From positions 81,718,001-81,782,000 of the forward strand of contig CM052817.1 of assembly GCA_028534125.1 (NCBI GenBank): a stretch of DNA of 64,000 nucleotides. Reading direction: 5' to 3'. Each line of letters starts with the position of its first letter. Positions within the stretch are counted from its first letter, which is position 1. The notes below the pieces were generated by a model. That model was not told the DNA's origin. It did not search any database and saw only the letters and a program-made list of their open reading frames with translations. Shown here one piece after another: positions 26,881 to 40,135 of this stretch. A program made the position numbers and the translations under genes. The stretch is from Lama glama (lineage: Eukaryota).

Positions 26881-28156
26881 GATTGTTATTTTATACAACA
26901 TTCTGAGGCAGTTTAAGCCATTCATTTTGATGTAACACAGCCCTCATTTTACACAATTAAATAGGGAGCAGCATTCTCCATTTTATGGAAGATAGCTACT
27001 GTTATTTGCTCATTTCCCTTCTCTCTTTCCCCACTAGAATGGAAATTTCATGAGCAGAGAAATTATGCCATCAGATTGACCACTGAAAGCCAAAACCTAT
27101 AACAGTACATAGGGGACCAAATGAATGACTTAGTTCCTGCTGCTGTTTGAAATATTGATTATTTTGTGTGATTTTATGATATTTGAAAGGGACAGTGGAA
27201 GTAGGTCAAACACCATATTAGCTACCAGCCATCTTACCTCAGAAGTCAGCCAAAACAGCTATCCTTGGGTAAGTAACTGAGAAGATAAATCTCATTCCTA
27301 TTCTGTTACGACAAATCACCTTTTTTTTTTAAATACTCTTAAAGTTTCAGTCTGGCTGGCACAAACCTCTCCTTATCACACCAGGAATAATATACAGTTT
27401 TGGAAAAGATGTCCAGCCTGTGATTCTGACAACAGGCCAATTATGTCATTGGTTTAAACATAATTAAAATACATTTCTTATTTCTGAGAAAAAAATAAGT
27501 CATCTTATTGGACATATATGTATATGTATATGTATGAAAATATACACTATGTATAATTTAGATATATATTTTTATTATATATGGTGGTTTGATTGAAATG
27601 TTATTATATGGTGAAAGGTGATTTAAGAACAGGACAGTTCAGACAGTCACAGAAATAAAATGCTTTTTTCTTAGTTTTCTTGAAGGTTATGTTAATTTTG
27701 TGATGCTAAAATATTTCTTTTTCTTGTTATTCATTAAAAAGTCAGTAGTAAGGTCTTTAAAAATCTATATTTTATGAAACCAAAATATTACAGCACAGAA
27801 AATATTAGGTTTAAACCCTACTAAAATTACAGCTTTGAGGGAAGTAAGAGGACACTTCTTTATTATCTATTCCTTCTCATGGGTATTTCACAAAAGATAA
27901 AATCTAGAGATGATAATGTAAGTAGAATTAATGTTAGGTGCACCAAAACCGTTTTTAGAAGAGAAAAACGTAAACATTTTAAATTCTTTTGAAAAGATCA
28001 CCTAAATCCTATCCAAACAAATTAAACAAAAATCAAATGTATCTATTGATTATCTGTGTGAACAGAACTGTGGAAGTTTTATCTGATCCTGCCCTCATTT
28101 TTTCAGTCAGAGACAACCTGGTCAGATCCTTTTCCCTGACCTCAGCTTGTCGCCCT

Positions 28157-28331
28157 CCAAGACTTCTACCTTGCATTTCAGCACTAAATAGTCTGTTAGC
28201 ATTTCTGCGACTCCTTGAAAAGGACTCTGAGAATATTTCCCAGTAATGAATAGTAAGCCAGTTTTGAGAAGCTTGTAATAGATGAGGCAGAACATTAGCC
28301 ACTTTTGTAAACTTCTTAAGCCCCGAAAAAC
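28157..28331 (-). pseudogene. LRR pseudo-exon
   Basis: Acceptor ctgac...tgttttgtgttacaaag. With two frameshifts it reads LPHLLQASQ/KLAYYSLLGNIL/FQGVAEMLTDYLVLKCKVEVLE, matching LxxxLxxxQKLxxLxLxxNxLxxxGVxxLxxxLxxxxCKLxxL. About 175 nt; donor degenerate. Confidence 0.55.
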
Positions 28332-28693
28332 CTTTGTAACACAAAACACTGAGTCAGTATGATCACTTCATTTTGTTATTGATACAGTCATGTGTATACA
28401 TGTTATTGTTAACTTTCTTTTTAACTGACATTTCAATATATCATATGACGTAGGATAATTCTTGTTTGTGTAAAGATCACAGTTAAGAGTTGCTAAAATA
28501 GTAATTTGCATTGACTGTGTTTAAAGTACTCACAAGAGGTCTGGTTTATATGCTTGTGTAAATATTTCTATCATTTTTAACATGGATATCTCATAAATTT
28601 AATATATGCCTCAAATAGTTTAGGTACAGGTTATTTGATATTCGTCAAACACATATACTTGTGACTCTTGTGAGTATGTTTCATTCTCATGGT

Positions 28694-29178
28694 TGTGAAT
28701 GAAAAATACTGCAAACCGTATCAGTAAACAAAGAATGCTGATGCCATCGAGTCATCAGTGGCGGCCGCCACCCCCCAGTGAAGACAAGCCTGAAGCCCAG
28801 CCTCTGCAGCCACTCACAGCGGTGCACTCTGAGGGGACTCAGAATAAGAAAGGACAGGATACTGGCCCTAGATAGCTAGGTGCTTGTCAAAGGAATGAAT
28901 TCAATGAGCCCAAATGTTTGCTTCCTTCCATACATAGAAAAGCACTAAACTCTTTAACTTGAGATATCTGGTTTTCTTTAGTTAACAAGTAATCTTTTAT
29001 TGTTCCAACTACCTGGTCTTTGTTGTAAAGCTTCTATAAATTCTAGCTCCTCCCCTGCCTCTTGGAGAATCGCTCAGAGCGATCTGAGGGGCTGTCATCC
29101 CGGGCTGAGTCCTCAGAATTGTCCGCCGAATAAAACATAACTCTGAACTTTTAGGCTGTGCGTTTATTTCAGTCGACA
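28694..29178 (+). mobile_element. ERV1-class solo LTR (MER41-like)
   Basis: TG...CA termini, near-TSD tggt/tagt, TATAAA near 29035, AATAAA near 29129, 3' end aacttttaggctgtgcgtttatttcagtcgaca, retained CpGs. Confidence 0.85.
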
Positions 29179-29324
29179 TAGTTATTAAAGGAAACATTAT
29201 TCATCATTAATGATGGGTAAGTTCTGCCAGTTTCTTATTACCAAAATAACACATATTAGTTGTAAAGAATTTGGATAACATTACAGACACTCTCTTACTG
29301 AGTTCTGCTTAACTGATTAGCAAG

Positions 29325-30255
29325 TGTAACTTTTTCTATCCTGAGACCAATTTCTGATGATTAGGAGAGAGAGGGTTCCCTATATCACCAAGCAATTCTC
29401 CCACACCAGCTGGGTTTTCTAAAATTCAATTCAACTATATTGCTGTCTACCCAGAGACAGCATCAGACCCCACAGGTAAGGTTTCAGTCCTGCAAGAGTG
29501 CCCCCAACCACTTCAGATGCCATACACAGGCCCAGATTGCTCCCTATGTTTCTAACCAACTGGCTATAAATCAGAGGTTCCTATAACCCCCACTTTTGGT
29601 TCAATTAATTTGCTAGACCAGCTAGAGAACTCAGAGAAGCATTTTACTTACTGGATTACTGGTTTATTGTAAAAGGTTGTAACTCAGATACAGTAAGATG
29701 CAAGGGATGCATAGGAAAAGGGATGTGGGAAAGGTCTCCAAGCTTCCGTGCCATCTCCAGGAGCACTACTCTTCCTGAATCTCTGCATGTTCGCCAGTCC
29801 AGAAGCTCTCCAAACCCAGTTTTTACGGAAGACTCACTACACAGGTATGACTGATGAAATCATTGGCCATTGGCATTTGATCCAATCCCCCTACGAATCA
29901 GGAGGTGGGACTGAAAATTTCAAGCTTCCATTCTTGGTTGTTTTCCCTAGCAACCAGCTGCCATCCTCAGTGCTGTCTAAAATCATCTCATGAACATAAA
30001 GCCAGTTGTGGTGAAAAGGGGCTTGTTATGAATAACAAGGCATCATTTCTTTATGACTGAAGCTTTTCAGAAACTGAGGACAAGAAACCAAACATTGTGA
30101 CAAAAGATGCTCCCATTGCTCTTATGCTCAGGAAGTTCCAAGGGGTTTTGGAGCTGTGCTTCAGGAACTGTGGACTAAGACCAAATATATATGAGAAATA
30201 TGTTTTGGTCTTCTGAATGAGCAAATATATATTTCTTATATATCATAGTATCACA
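29325..30255 (-). mobile_element. MER21-like LTR
   Basis: acaccagctgggttttctaaaattcaattca...cagcatcagaccccacagg...gacaaaagatgctccc...atcaca. Confidence 0.85.
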
Positions 30256-32649
30256 ATAACCAAGTCTTCATTGCCTCTAAAATGCTGAACACATGAGGCT
30301 AGTGCTCTGAGCCATAGGAATTGTTTGCTTACTAGAGTTTGCTGAATACGAGTTCATTCTCAAACCTGTGTGTGCAAGAGTTACTTAATATTGTAATTAT
30401 GCAATGTAATTCAATAGTATACAAAGCAGTGGTATTCGGTTGTCAGAAGAAAATTACTTTCATAAAAATGAAATTGAATACTACGAAAATAATGAGTAAT
30501 AGAAATTTTCTTGAAAACAAATTGCTGATAAAACAGGTATGGGTGAGGCAACCATAAAATATCAGCAGGAAAATTATAAAAATCTCTAAGGAGTCTTAAT
30601 TCGGAGTGTTATACAGCTGCCTGTAAGTTCTTGCTACACGTAAGAGAAAGCAAAACTTGAAATCATAAACATAAAACAAATTTGGCAATGTCAAATTGGT
30701 TGTTGGTGGTTAATTTTGCAATATTGTGTTTGATTTTCTTTTTTATTTTTCCTGGTAATAGCTGATGTGAATAAAGACAACAGACTTAGTCATAATGACA
30801 ACAATGGAAAAATTTTAACATTGAAATACCAGTCATACTTAAATTTACCAAAACTGTTTACTAAAGAAGTTACAAAGAATTTTTGAGATATAAAATATAT
30901 TACTTTAATGTTGCAATAAGAATCATTATTTAGATGATGAAAGCCGATGTTCCTGAATGGTTGCAAAACTATCTACCTTATTTTCATTGTGTTCATTTCT
31001 CTCTCTACGAGAAATTCTACTTCTATTGTGGTGGCTAACTTTCATAACATACATGTTGCTTGTGCTAAGTTATAATTTATAAAAGTATAGGACTCCAAAT
31101 ATGGCATTTTACAAAACTATATAATCAAAAGCACAGGATCAGGATGCTCCTGCCAAAGTATACAGGTCAGTTCATGTGATGTTATTGAAGCAAATTAGAC
31201 CTTAAGAAACTCTGTGGCCAGCAGTGTATGAGTACTGAATTAGATGACATGCCGGAAAATAAAGCTCTACCTGAGCTACCACCTCTGCACTAAACCATTT
31301 ATTTAACAAAAATTCACTGAGCGTAGTACGTCCTCAGGCTCTGCTTAAAGAACTAAACAAAAGAATTGATAGCATGGCAAATTGATGCCCTTGAGAAGTC
31401 ATTTGCACTGTATGCCAAGTAAAAAATGCCAGTCTGATGCTTGCAGGTATAAATGGGAGTGTTTTAATAACAGTGCCAAAGAGAAAGCAGGAAAAAGCAA
31501 GCAACACGACAAAAACGAGTTCAGCTCTCAAATCTCCCCATTGGTTTGCACACTGAAAAAACCATCCACAATATAAATTACCACTAGTGAATATACCATT
31601 CTCAACAACTCCTTTTAGCTGTTTTTTTCTTTGAAATCTTTGCAATTGCTTCACTCTTCAAACCTTGCTCAGAACCCAGCTTTGTTTTATTTTGTTTTTA
31701 TTGTATAGGAAATAATCGAATAGCTAAGACATTTTTCCATTACATTCTAATGAAAGCTATGGAATATTCTTGAAAGTATACCATATTCTTTATTCGGTCA
31801 GTGTCAAAGCAGGATGCTTTCTTTTTAAAATGTGTATTCTGTATTTAGTTTACTTTATACTCTTAAATATTTATTTATTATTCAAAGTACTTAAATCCAG
31901 CCAGGCAAATAATTTTCTGTAATTAGTTTTAATTATTCTATAATTTTCTATCATCATTTGCCAGTAATTCTGGTAAATAAACCAGAGTGAGGGGCAAAAA
32001 CATGTTCTTCAGTTATTGTATAAAAATCCAAACTATGTCTATAGCTCAAAATCATGGGAAAAAATTAAGAATATTAGAATGTGATTTAGAGAAAGGTTAT
32101 CCCATATTTTATGACACTAATCTCCAGAAAATACAAGTGAGAGTTACTTGTACATTTTAGAAGTGTTATTAAATACTAAACTGTTTCCTTATTTTAAAAA
32201 TGGTAATATTAAATGATAATATTAATGATAATATTAAAAACCCAATTATTGCAGACATAAAATTTCTGAGACTTAGGGATACATTGACCCAAATTTATTA
32301 TTTAAATGGAAAAAAATAAAGGACATTATGACACTTTGTAAACATGGCTTGTACTGTCAGGTTATTCATAATATAGATTCACTTACCATTTTATTAGCAA
32401 CATCATTATTAAAAATTGTGCTATAATATAGGATCGCATAGAATAATTTTTATATTATATAGAGAGATTCCAATTACTAAGTCCTAGGTGATGACTCCTT
32501 CCCCTTGTGGAAACAGAATGACTAAATCTACCCTCCTCTTCTAGTCTCAGGAATAGCCCCCAAACCCAGATCACATAATCAGGACTGGCATGGAAGATAA
32601 AACCTATCATTAATCTGGTATAAAGTACATCTCTCAAAATTAGGGTTAC

Positions 32650-32852
32650 TTAGGGTCTACATTTCTGGCCCTTGTGGATGAAGGAAGGATGCCAAGAATA
32701 AAAGACACTCTTTCCCTTTCTTGTATCAAAGTCATTTCCGTTCTTCCCCTGAAATAAAAGGAAAGCCGAATGCTGTTGGAGTGTGGTCACTTTGACCCTT
32801 AGCTCTATTATCCTGGAAACGACCTGGAAGAGAACTGTAGCCCCAAAGCTCA
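32650..32852 (-). pseudogene. Candidate LRR pseudo-exon
   Basis: Acceptor cttctgcacag, donor aa|gtaacc. Reading ELWGYS...FQD.../GNDFD..KGK/...ASFLHPQGPEM*TL resembles an NLRP two-repeat exon. At 203 nt it is longer than expected. Confidence 0.42.
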
Positions 32853-32987
32853 CTGTGCAGAAGTGGCTGGTGTGAACTGAGATGCACTAATGCATGAGGG
32901 AGGAGAGGAATAATATTGCATTAACTGAGTCATCACAGAGAAAACGGTGCAGGCAACGGCTGAGATCTCTCAGTACAGAACCCTCAC

Positions 32988-33157
32988 CTTGCTCTTCTGC
33001 TGCGAACTGAACGGGCTGCATGGCTTAGCTGGGTCTCCGTATGTTCTGTACTCAAAATGCAGTTTGAAAGGATCAGGTGAACATATCATATTTCTGATGA
33101 GATGGCAGAACAGTTTTCTGCACTTAGAGAACTAGCCCAGTGCTTCCTGTGACAGGC
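32988..33157 (-). pseudogene. LRR pseudo-exon (170 nt)
   Basis: Acceptor ttgctctccag and donor caag|gtgagg enclose 170 nt (NLRP-type LRR exons are typically 171 nt). Frameshift-joined reading TVLPSHQK...VHLILSNCILSTE. Confidence 0.55.
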
Positions 33158-34964
33158 CTGGAGAGCAACGGTAAGCCTCATGGGAAAGGCCACAGCAAAA
33201 TGTCACCCTCACATTGGAGAAAGGGGGCTTCCAGGCAGGTGTCTGGAAATTCATGAATTCTCCGAACTATGCAGCTTTTCCATTTTCTTACTTATAGTAA
33301 AACTGTGATGCATTGAGTGTTTTAATGTGCCAAGGTCAGTTTTCTCACATCAGTCAAATTTAATATGAAGATTTTGAGTAAATGATTTAGACTTCCCTTC
33401 CCAGGAGTAATATTTTCTTTTCTTTTCTTTTCTTTTACAAACAACTTAATTGTTAATGAAGTATATTGTTTAGGATAATATTTGAGAGTTTCACTCTGTG
33501 AAGAAGTATCTCTTCTGTAATAATAATTTAAAATTATGATATAGATATCTTATAATAAATCTAAAACTCTGTTTTCATTTATAAGCCAGTAGTTCAACTT
33601 GCTATTAAGAAATGTTAATATTAAACTTTGATTAATTATTAATTGCTTCTCAATCTCAGGAAGTAATCAAATAATTTCAAATAAATTATGTAACTATTTT
33701 TATTAGCAAGATCCTTAATCTTATACATAACAAAACCTGTCACTTGGAATAAAATTATTTATTAGACATAAACGGCTAGAGAAAGTAAGTAAGGATCAAA
33801 AGATTATGTACCCCAGTTACCATATTAAAGCTGAATACAAAGTTAGAAAATGGTATTAAATAAAATCTGTCAATATTTTACTGCTCTTTGGCAGGTGTTT
33901 AAAGAGCCTTTGCTTGATACATGAATCTGTATGATATGACATTCTGTGTATGCGTGTGGCGTGAGTGTATGTTTTAGATATGTACATGTGTATTTTGAAA
34001 ATTCGTTGTGCATTTGGAAGGTTTAAATTTTTCATTATGTTATGATTTTTTTTCCTTTGGAATTCTTGTACTCAACATCTGGTGTTGATAGTTTTTTTAT
34101 TTTCGTATTCTCTACATTTCCCCAATGGAGAATGGGTCCTATATTTTGCTACCATGGAATATATGATAAAGCTCATGTTCTGTTTCTTTCTTAGAGCTGA
34201 GCCTTCTTTTCTATTCTTTAATGATCACTCTTCCAAACTGAGTTCACTTCCTTTTCTGAATTTAAGTTCTCAAGTCTTTCCAACTACCTTTGACACCTGC
34301 CTAGACTTACTTGTGCACCAAATTTGCCATCACCTGCTACATTTCAGAGGTTCTTAATATAAAAGGCTGAAAAATGTAGAAAATATTGGTATGTGCTTAT
34401 TTGGATTATGATACATTCCCAATCTGAGGTTTAATCCCTTAAAAATATATCATTCTTTTGGAGAGCCAATGATTACAGAAGCTCAATAAAATCATTAAAA
34501 AATAATATAAACAGGAATCAAAGAGATGAGGCGTGGTCTGAGGAGTCAATAGGAAAACCTGCAGAAGAGTCAATGATAAGAACAAGACCAGGAAACACCA
34601 AGCAGCAGTAGGAAGCAGGGTAAACGGCTGAAGTCAAAGATACAGGTTTGGCTATCCTTCATAACGGTGGGTGAAAAATAGTCTATAGCATTTTCTTACA
34701 TAAATATTTATTAATTACTTTTACAATAGTTTAATTTTGATTTAATTTCTAAGCCTTTTATTTTGTAATTAGTTTATGAATTAATAGCAATAGCCTCACT
34801 TTTGTCATTGTATTACTTTTTCTGTCTCTAATACTTTGTCTTATATTTTTTGCAATATGAATCATTTCCTTTGGTTTCGGGCATATGGAGGGATAGTGTG
34901 TGTGTGTGTGTGTGCCTGCACACATGCGTGGGCATGATTTCTTTTCATTTATAATTTTTTCCCT

Positions 34965-35230
34965 AGAGGTAGCCATTACGTCACCTGTATACTTTATTCA
35001 TTCCAATCAGCCAAAAAAAGAGAAACAGGAAGGAGAAAGGCGTGGTCCCTCTCTTTAGAATACTTCCTCAAATTGCACTTACTTCATTCATCTAGACCCC
35101 ACTGTCCAAAACATAGTTACTGTCTCTCACCTAGATGCAAAAAGGATGGGGGATGTAGCTTTTTCCTTGGCAGTCAGCTATACTTTTGAAGTATAATTAC
35201 TGAGGTCAAAGAAGGAAGAAATAAGAAAAA
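34965..35230 (-). mobile_element. MLT1J-like LTR fragment
   Basis: cactgtccaaaacatagttac...cacctagatgcaaaaaggatgggggatgtagcttt. Confidence 0.55.
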
Positions 35231-35719
35231 ACAATGTCACACATGGCTACATGTAATGTTGTAGTAATCTGGAAGTTAGAGAATGTGCTTTTAATTTCAT
35301 AATTACAGTTTTCATAAACATTCCTAAATTTGTATTCATTTAATCATCACAATACAAAACCCAACAATAATTTTTAATCCTTCTGACAAAAAGACATTGT
35401 ATTTCTGCTTTTGTTCTTTCCATCCCCAACCTTTTCAACTTTTCAATATGTTTTTAAAATCAACTAAGTTCATAAATCTAATTTTTTTAAATTTCTTTTT
35501 CATGTTATTGTTAGAACGGGATGTACCTCCTTCAACTGTGGACACCAATGTCTTAGGTAGACATAAGTCTAAGCCAACAGAGGTCATTGGAAATCGAACC
35601 CTATGGATAGACGGGAATAAACAACCTCAAACAAGTATTCATGTTTCTCAAACATATGTGTTCAGGTGGCTCTTGAGGTCCCCTTCAATCAAATAAAAAT
35701 AAAAATTAAATAAAACTTT

Positions 35720-36850
35720 CACTTGCAAACCCACATCTGTGTGGTCTTTTCAGTTTTGGAGTCTTCTCTCTACCAGTTTTATACTTTATTTCTGCTTTTA
35801 TGGTTTAAAAAATGCAGATTTACCCACATTGACTTTTAATTCTCATCCTTATTAGTTACAGAAAAAGTTATTTATATATTTCTATATCTTTTCATCCTTA
35901 TTTGAATCCCAATTATCTCATAGAGAATTATATTTTCTGATTTCTCTTATAGTGATTAAAGCATGTCACTGGGCATTCACCAGGAGCTTTTATATCTGAA
36001 CACTTACATCTTCAAATGTTCGGTAGTATTTGAAATGATCTTTACTCAATTTTTTTCAGTGAAAGTTGTATAAACATTATATGATTTTCTTCAAGAATTT
36101 ATTTCACCAAAAGAAAGCTCTGAATCTAATTTGATTTTACTGTTCTGTAGGAGATCATTTTTTTAAAGGGTTTAAAGTATTTTTTATTACCCCTCTTACT
36201 CATTTCTGATAACTGATCTGTTTCCTTGCAAGCTCCCACGCCTTTCACAACTCCACGTAAGGACTGTCCATCTCCAGCTCGATGATAATGGAACTTGCCA
36301 GACAGTTTGTACAGTTTATAGTCTTCAGGCCATGGGACTTGGCCCAAATCCCCATCTGATCATAAAACATGTCTTCACTTATATCTTTGATTATTAGTTC
36401 TGATAATTAACTTACATTTAAGTTTTCTTGGTCTTTTACAATCATATCTTAGATTCCCATGGTTAATTTTCTATGTATACACACTTCACTTAAAATTTTT
36501 TTTTTTTTTGATTCTGGAAATGCTTTGTAAGTCAGCTTTAGTCTTGTTAATTTTAGTTTCTTCAGTGTAAACCTGCTTTTTACTCTTTCCACTGAACATT
36601 CTATTTGGCAATTCTTTCTCATTGAATGTCATACTTTTCTCATCCAGGCCTGTCCTTGTTTAACAGAACCAAAGCTTTCTTTTATATTACTGAGAAGAAG
36701 AAACAAATGTGTTCTACATTTTCTTCTGTGTCACGAACTAAATTCATTTCAGGGAAGGATTTTCCTCTGAGTCATTACCACTTTACTTCTCTTTCCCTGT
36801 GTCTCCTAATGCCTTCTTATACACCAGTTGACATTTTCTATTAACTCTTG
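35720..36850 (-). mobile_element. Very old L1M-like fragment (ORF1 region)
   Basis: T-rich strand asymmetry; gattctggaaatgct and tgaacattctatttggcaattc segments. Confidence 0.4.
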
Positions 36851-37829
36851 TTAGAACTTGACTTGGTAATATTTGTTCGTGCCGTGAGGATGGCTGATAC
36901 ATCTTATTTTAAAGTCCTTCCCCTGACTCATTGCAAAAGAAGGAAATGATTCATGCTTGGTGTTGGGGCAAAGTAAGGATGTGGGCTTTTCCACAGTAGT
37001 TTCCTGGATGCTGGCAGAAGCCCCTCGCTGACCTGAAACCTGAGGGCAGAGCGTCAATAAACTAGGTAGCACGCTGCCCCCCCATCACTGCATTTAGCAA
37101 ATGTTAGTTTTCTTAGTAACTCTGCGTGCCTTTTTAAATTGTTCACTAAGTGCAACGACTTACTCAAAAGTAAGTAAAAAATGAATTTCCACAGACCTGC
37201 AGTCATGGTTCAGAGGATAATGAGAAGTGGGCCAGAGGTTATCAATGCTGCTCTCAGGTACATACTTTACAAGATTTATAGCTGTGAATAAAAGACTGAA
37301 AGGCAAAAAAGCACAAAGTACTGGAGATTTTTCACTGTGTGCCTTCCTATGTCAGGGTTAGCCAGAGGCAGTTAAGGTCACAAGCCTGGAGAATTCGTTG
37401 TGCAGACTTCCAAGGCCAGAGGCCAATGCACAGACTGTCAGGGGAAGCTGGTAATGACTATTCCTAGTACATTTTGGTCAAGCAAAATGTCAGAGAAGTA
37501 ATAGAGGAATTATTTTTAATTCTGACTTACCTGCACAAATACCTACCCAAATCTCAAATGCATTCACTTCTCATTTCTCACTGTCAAAATGATAACCTGT
37601 CTTTCATTCCCTAACAGGATTATGGCTGTTTTATTTACAAATAAAATGGAATGAAAACCAGAAGCAAGTGTTCCTGCCAGTTCTACTCATTCTTCCATCC
37701 TTCTTTCCAGAATTAAAGTAGGCAGAAAATGTGTATCTCCCAGTTAATATTTTGGATCCCTCCCTCCAGGAATTATCTCAAAACAACCAAGAGTGTGGAC
37801 TGCAGAAAAACAAAGATTACATTTGAAAT

Positions 37830-38000
37830 CTATCTGAAAGGAGGGCATGAAAGCTGCCTTTGGGAGAAGATGAATAAACACACATTGAAGAGTTTTAAGT
37901 CCATGGTACCCACAGGAGATGAAAGGACCTTGTTGCACCTGAAGTAGTTTCAATATCGCACAAGACACTCTTCTGTGAGCCTCGGTGACCAGTAGAGAGG
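37830..38000 (-). pseudogene. Candidate LRR pseudo-exon
   Basis: Reading LV/RLTEECLVRY*NYFRCNKVLSS...MDL fits the NLRP-type LRR pattern LxxCxLTxxCCxxLxxxLxxNxxLxxLDL. Boundaries uncertain. Confidence 0.4.
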
Positions 38001-38502
38001 AGGCAGGCAGTCTAAGAGCTTCATCAGTTATATACTCAGCTCTTTCACACAAAGACAGAAAACGTGTGTTCCAGAGATCCAGAGAATTCCTCCATGCTAC
38101 TCATAGAAATGAGATTACACAGGAGACAGATCTACCTAGAAACTCATAGATCCCAGCAAAGAACATGCAGGTCGGATGTGCCCTAAGTAAGCATCAGGTT
38201 CAACTCCAAACCAAAGGCAACTCATAAGGCAGAGTCAGAAAGAATATTAAGGATTTGGCGGGACAGCCTAGAAATGGAATGAGAAAAAGTGTCAAATATA
38301 GATCTGATGATGAAGCTGAGAACCAAGGAAAATTAAACCAGAGACAGGGTGGAATTATGGGTGGAAACTCACATAATTCTATTAATGTATTCTTTCACGC
38401 AGAGCTAATTTTCATAGTCATCTCATGCATGGGATGGTTTTGGTTTGATGACATCTTAGCAAGTATGCACATTTGACATTTATCACTTTGTCTTGATTTT
38501 TT

Positions 38503-38628
38503 TTGAATTTTATTTTTGGTGGGGGGGTAGGTAATTAGGTATTTATTTATTCCTGACAATACTGGGGATTGAACCCACAACCTCATGAATACTAAGCACG
38601 CACTCTACCACTGAGCTATACCCTCCCC
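38503..38628 (-). mobile_element. tRNA-derived SINE (camelid Vic-1-like)
   Basis: ggggattgaaccc...actaagcacgcactctaccactgagctataccctcccc; TSD t(tg/ca)tcttgatttttt. Confidence 0.92.
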
Positions 38629-38934
38629 TCATCTTGATTTTTTAATATTTGATGGGATCACGAAGAGGATAGGAAGAGCTCCAGATTAAAACAGAGTGAA
38701 AAATTTTAAGAAACATGAAGACAATTCCCCTGAGCATTAAAACTACCTTTCTGACAAGGGATGTGTATGCATGTGTGCGTGTATATAGAATCCAGCTTGC
38801 TTAAGAAGATGGGCTAGAGGCACATCTTAGTCATAAGTATTCTGCTGTAGAACTAAAATGTCACAACTTGTACATTGAAGCTAGGCCTGAAAACAATTCC
38901 TGGGTAAAATATAATAATGCAGTTTCAGTGTGCT

Positions 38935-39180
38935 TAATAATAATGCTTAGCATATTGCATGCATTCTGTATATCAAGCTTTGCAATAAGGCATTTCATAA
39001 CATTTTATATCAGGTTTCTAATTTTTTTGAAATAGTTATTATTACTCCTGCTTTATCCATGAGAAAAATGAAGTTCATAGAGGAGATATTATTGCTCCAG
39101 ATAAGGGAGCTTATAGGTAACAGAGCTGGGATTTTACAGAGGTATTTCTAAATCTAGAGTCTGTGATTTCTCTACTACAC
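38935..39180 (-). mobile_element. MIR SINE
   Basis: ttattattactcctgctttatccatgagaaaaatgaagttcatagagg...cagagctgggattt. Confidence 0.75.
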
Positions 39181-40033
39181 TACAGCAGCACATTTGGGGA
39201 GTTACTTTAAGCCCTCCAGACCTGAGGTAAGCCAAGTTCATGGTAAGCCATGAACTTGTCCACAGTCTTTTGTATCCCAGGTGTCCAAGATACCCAGGAA
39301 CACAATAGAAAGTTGGAAAGAAGAATCAGCATCTTAAACACCCCTCACATCGCACGTCAAAAAAAAAAAAAAAAAGCCAATTTGATCACCTGGAAACAGC
39401 TGAGCAATTCCTTCGGGGCCATACTTGGCAAAGTTCCCTTTAGGAACTCTCTTCCATGCCATGTTCACCTGGGGGAAATGGATGGAGAAGAGTGGTGACA
39501 AGGTTTTTCTGAGCTGGATCTGAGCTGGCTACACAGGTAATAGAGAAAATACAGAAAAAGTTTTGTGTAATTAGTGCATGAAGAATCGTCATATCTACCC
39601 TGGAGGTCACTTGTCCCTGTGTTCCTGACACTGCAGGAAAAGGAGAAACAGCCTTTATTTCCTACGGAAGGGCTCCTCTAATATATAGCTGGACAGAAAG
39701 CAAAAAAATAGAAACAAAAAGGAAAAATAAAAGAAAAAACACGAAGGCAAAAGACACAAATCCTCCCCGTATATGCAGAAGGGAAAGTTCTCATAGAAGA
39801 TTTTAGCAGCCCCTTGTAGTCCTTTAATAGGCAAAGCTGCCTCAGAGGAGGGATGTGGAATCAGATGTGAGCAAAGCTATCAGTAGCTTTGCAAGTCCAT
39901 TATTACCACCAATGTCACCCTCTGTCACTATGGCAGTACTGCAGGCATCGACTGTCCCAAGAGAAATCACCAAATTGTCAAACAATAAAAACAGATTCCC
40001 AGCCCCTACTGCTGCTAGCGAAGAAAAACTTAC

Positions 40034-40135
40034 TGGTCTTGCACAGGTCAGGTTTTTATAAACATAAGGTGCTCTCTCTACATGCACTTGAGACCAACTC
40101 AATGTTCTGAGACAAGACACAGACTCACTAAGTCC
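40034..40135 (-). pseudogene. Candidate LRR pseudo-exon
   Basis: Acceptor ctctttctacaacag, donor cca|gtaagt. Frameshift-joined reading DLVSLC/LSQNIEL...KPDLCK resembles LxxLxLxxNxL...PxCK. Confidence 0.3.

Noticed and set aside
39831..40046. Plus-strand open segment with AG/GT ends (AKLPQRRDVESDVSKAISS...)
   Set aside because: No recognisable protein and no convincing partner exons; the surrounding splice signals favour the minus strand.
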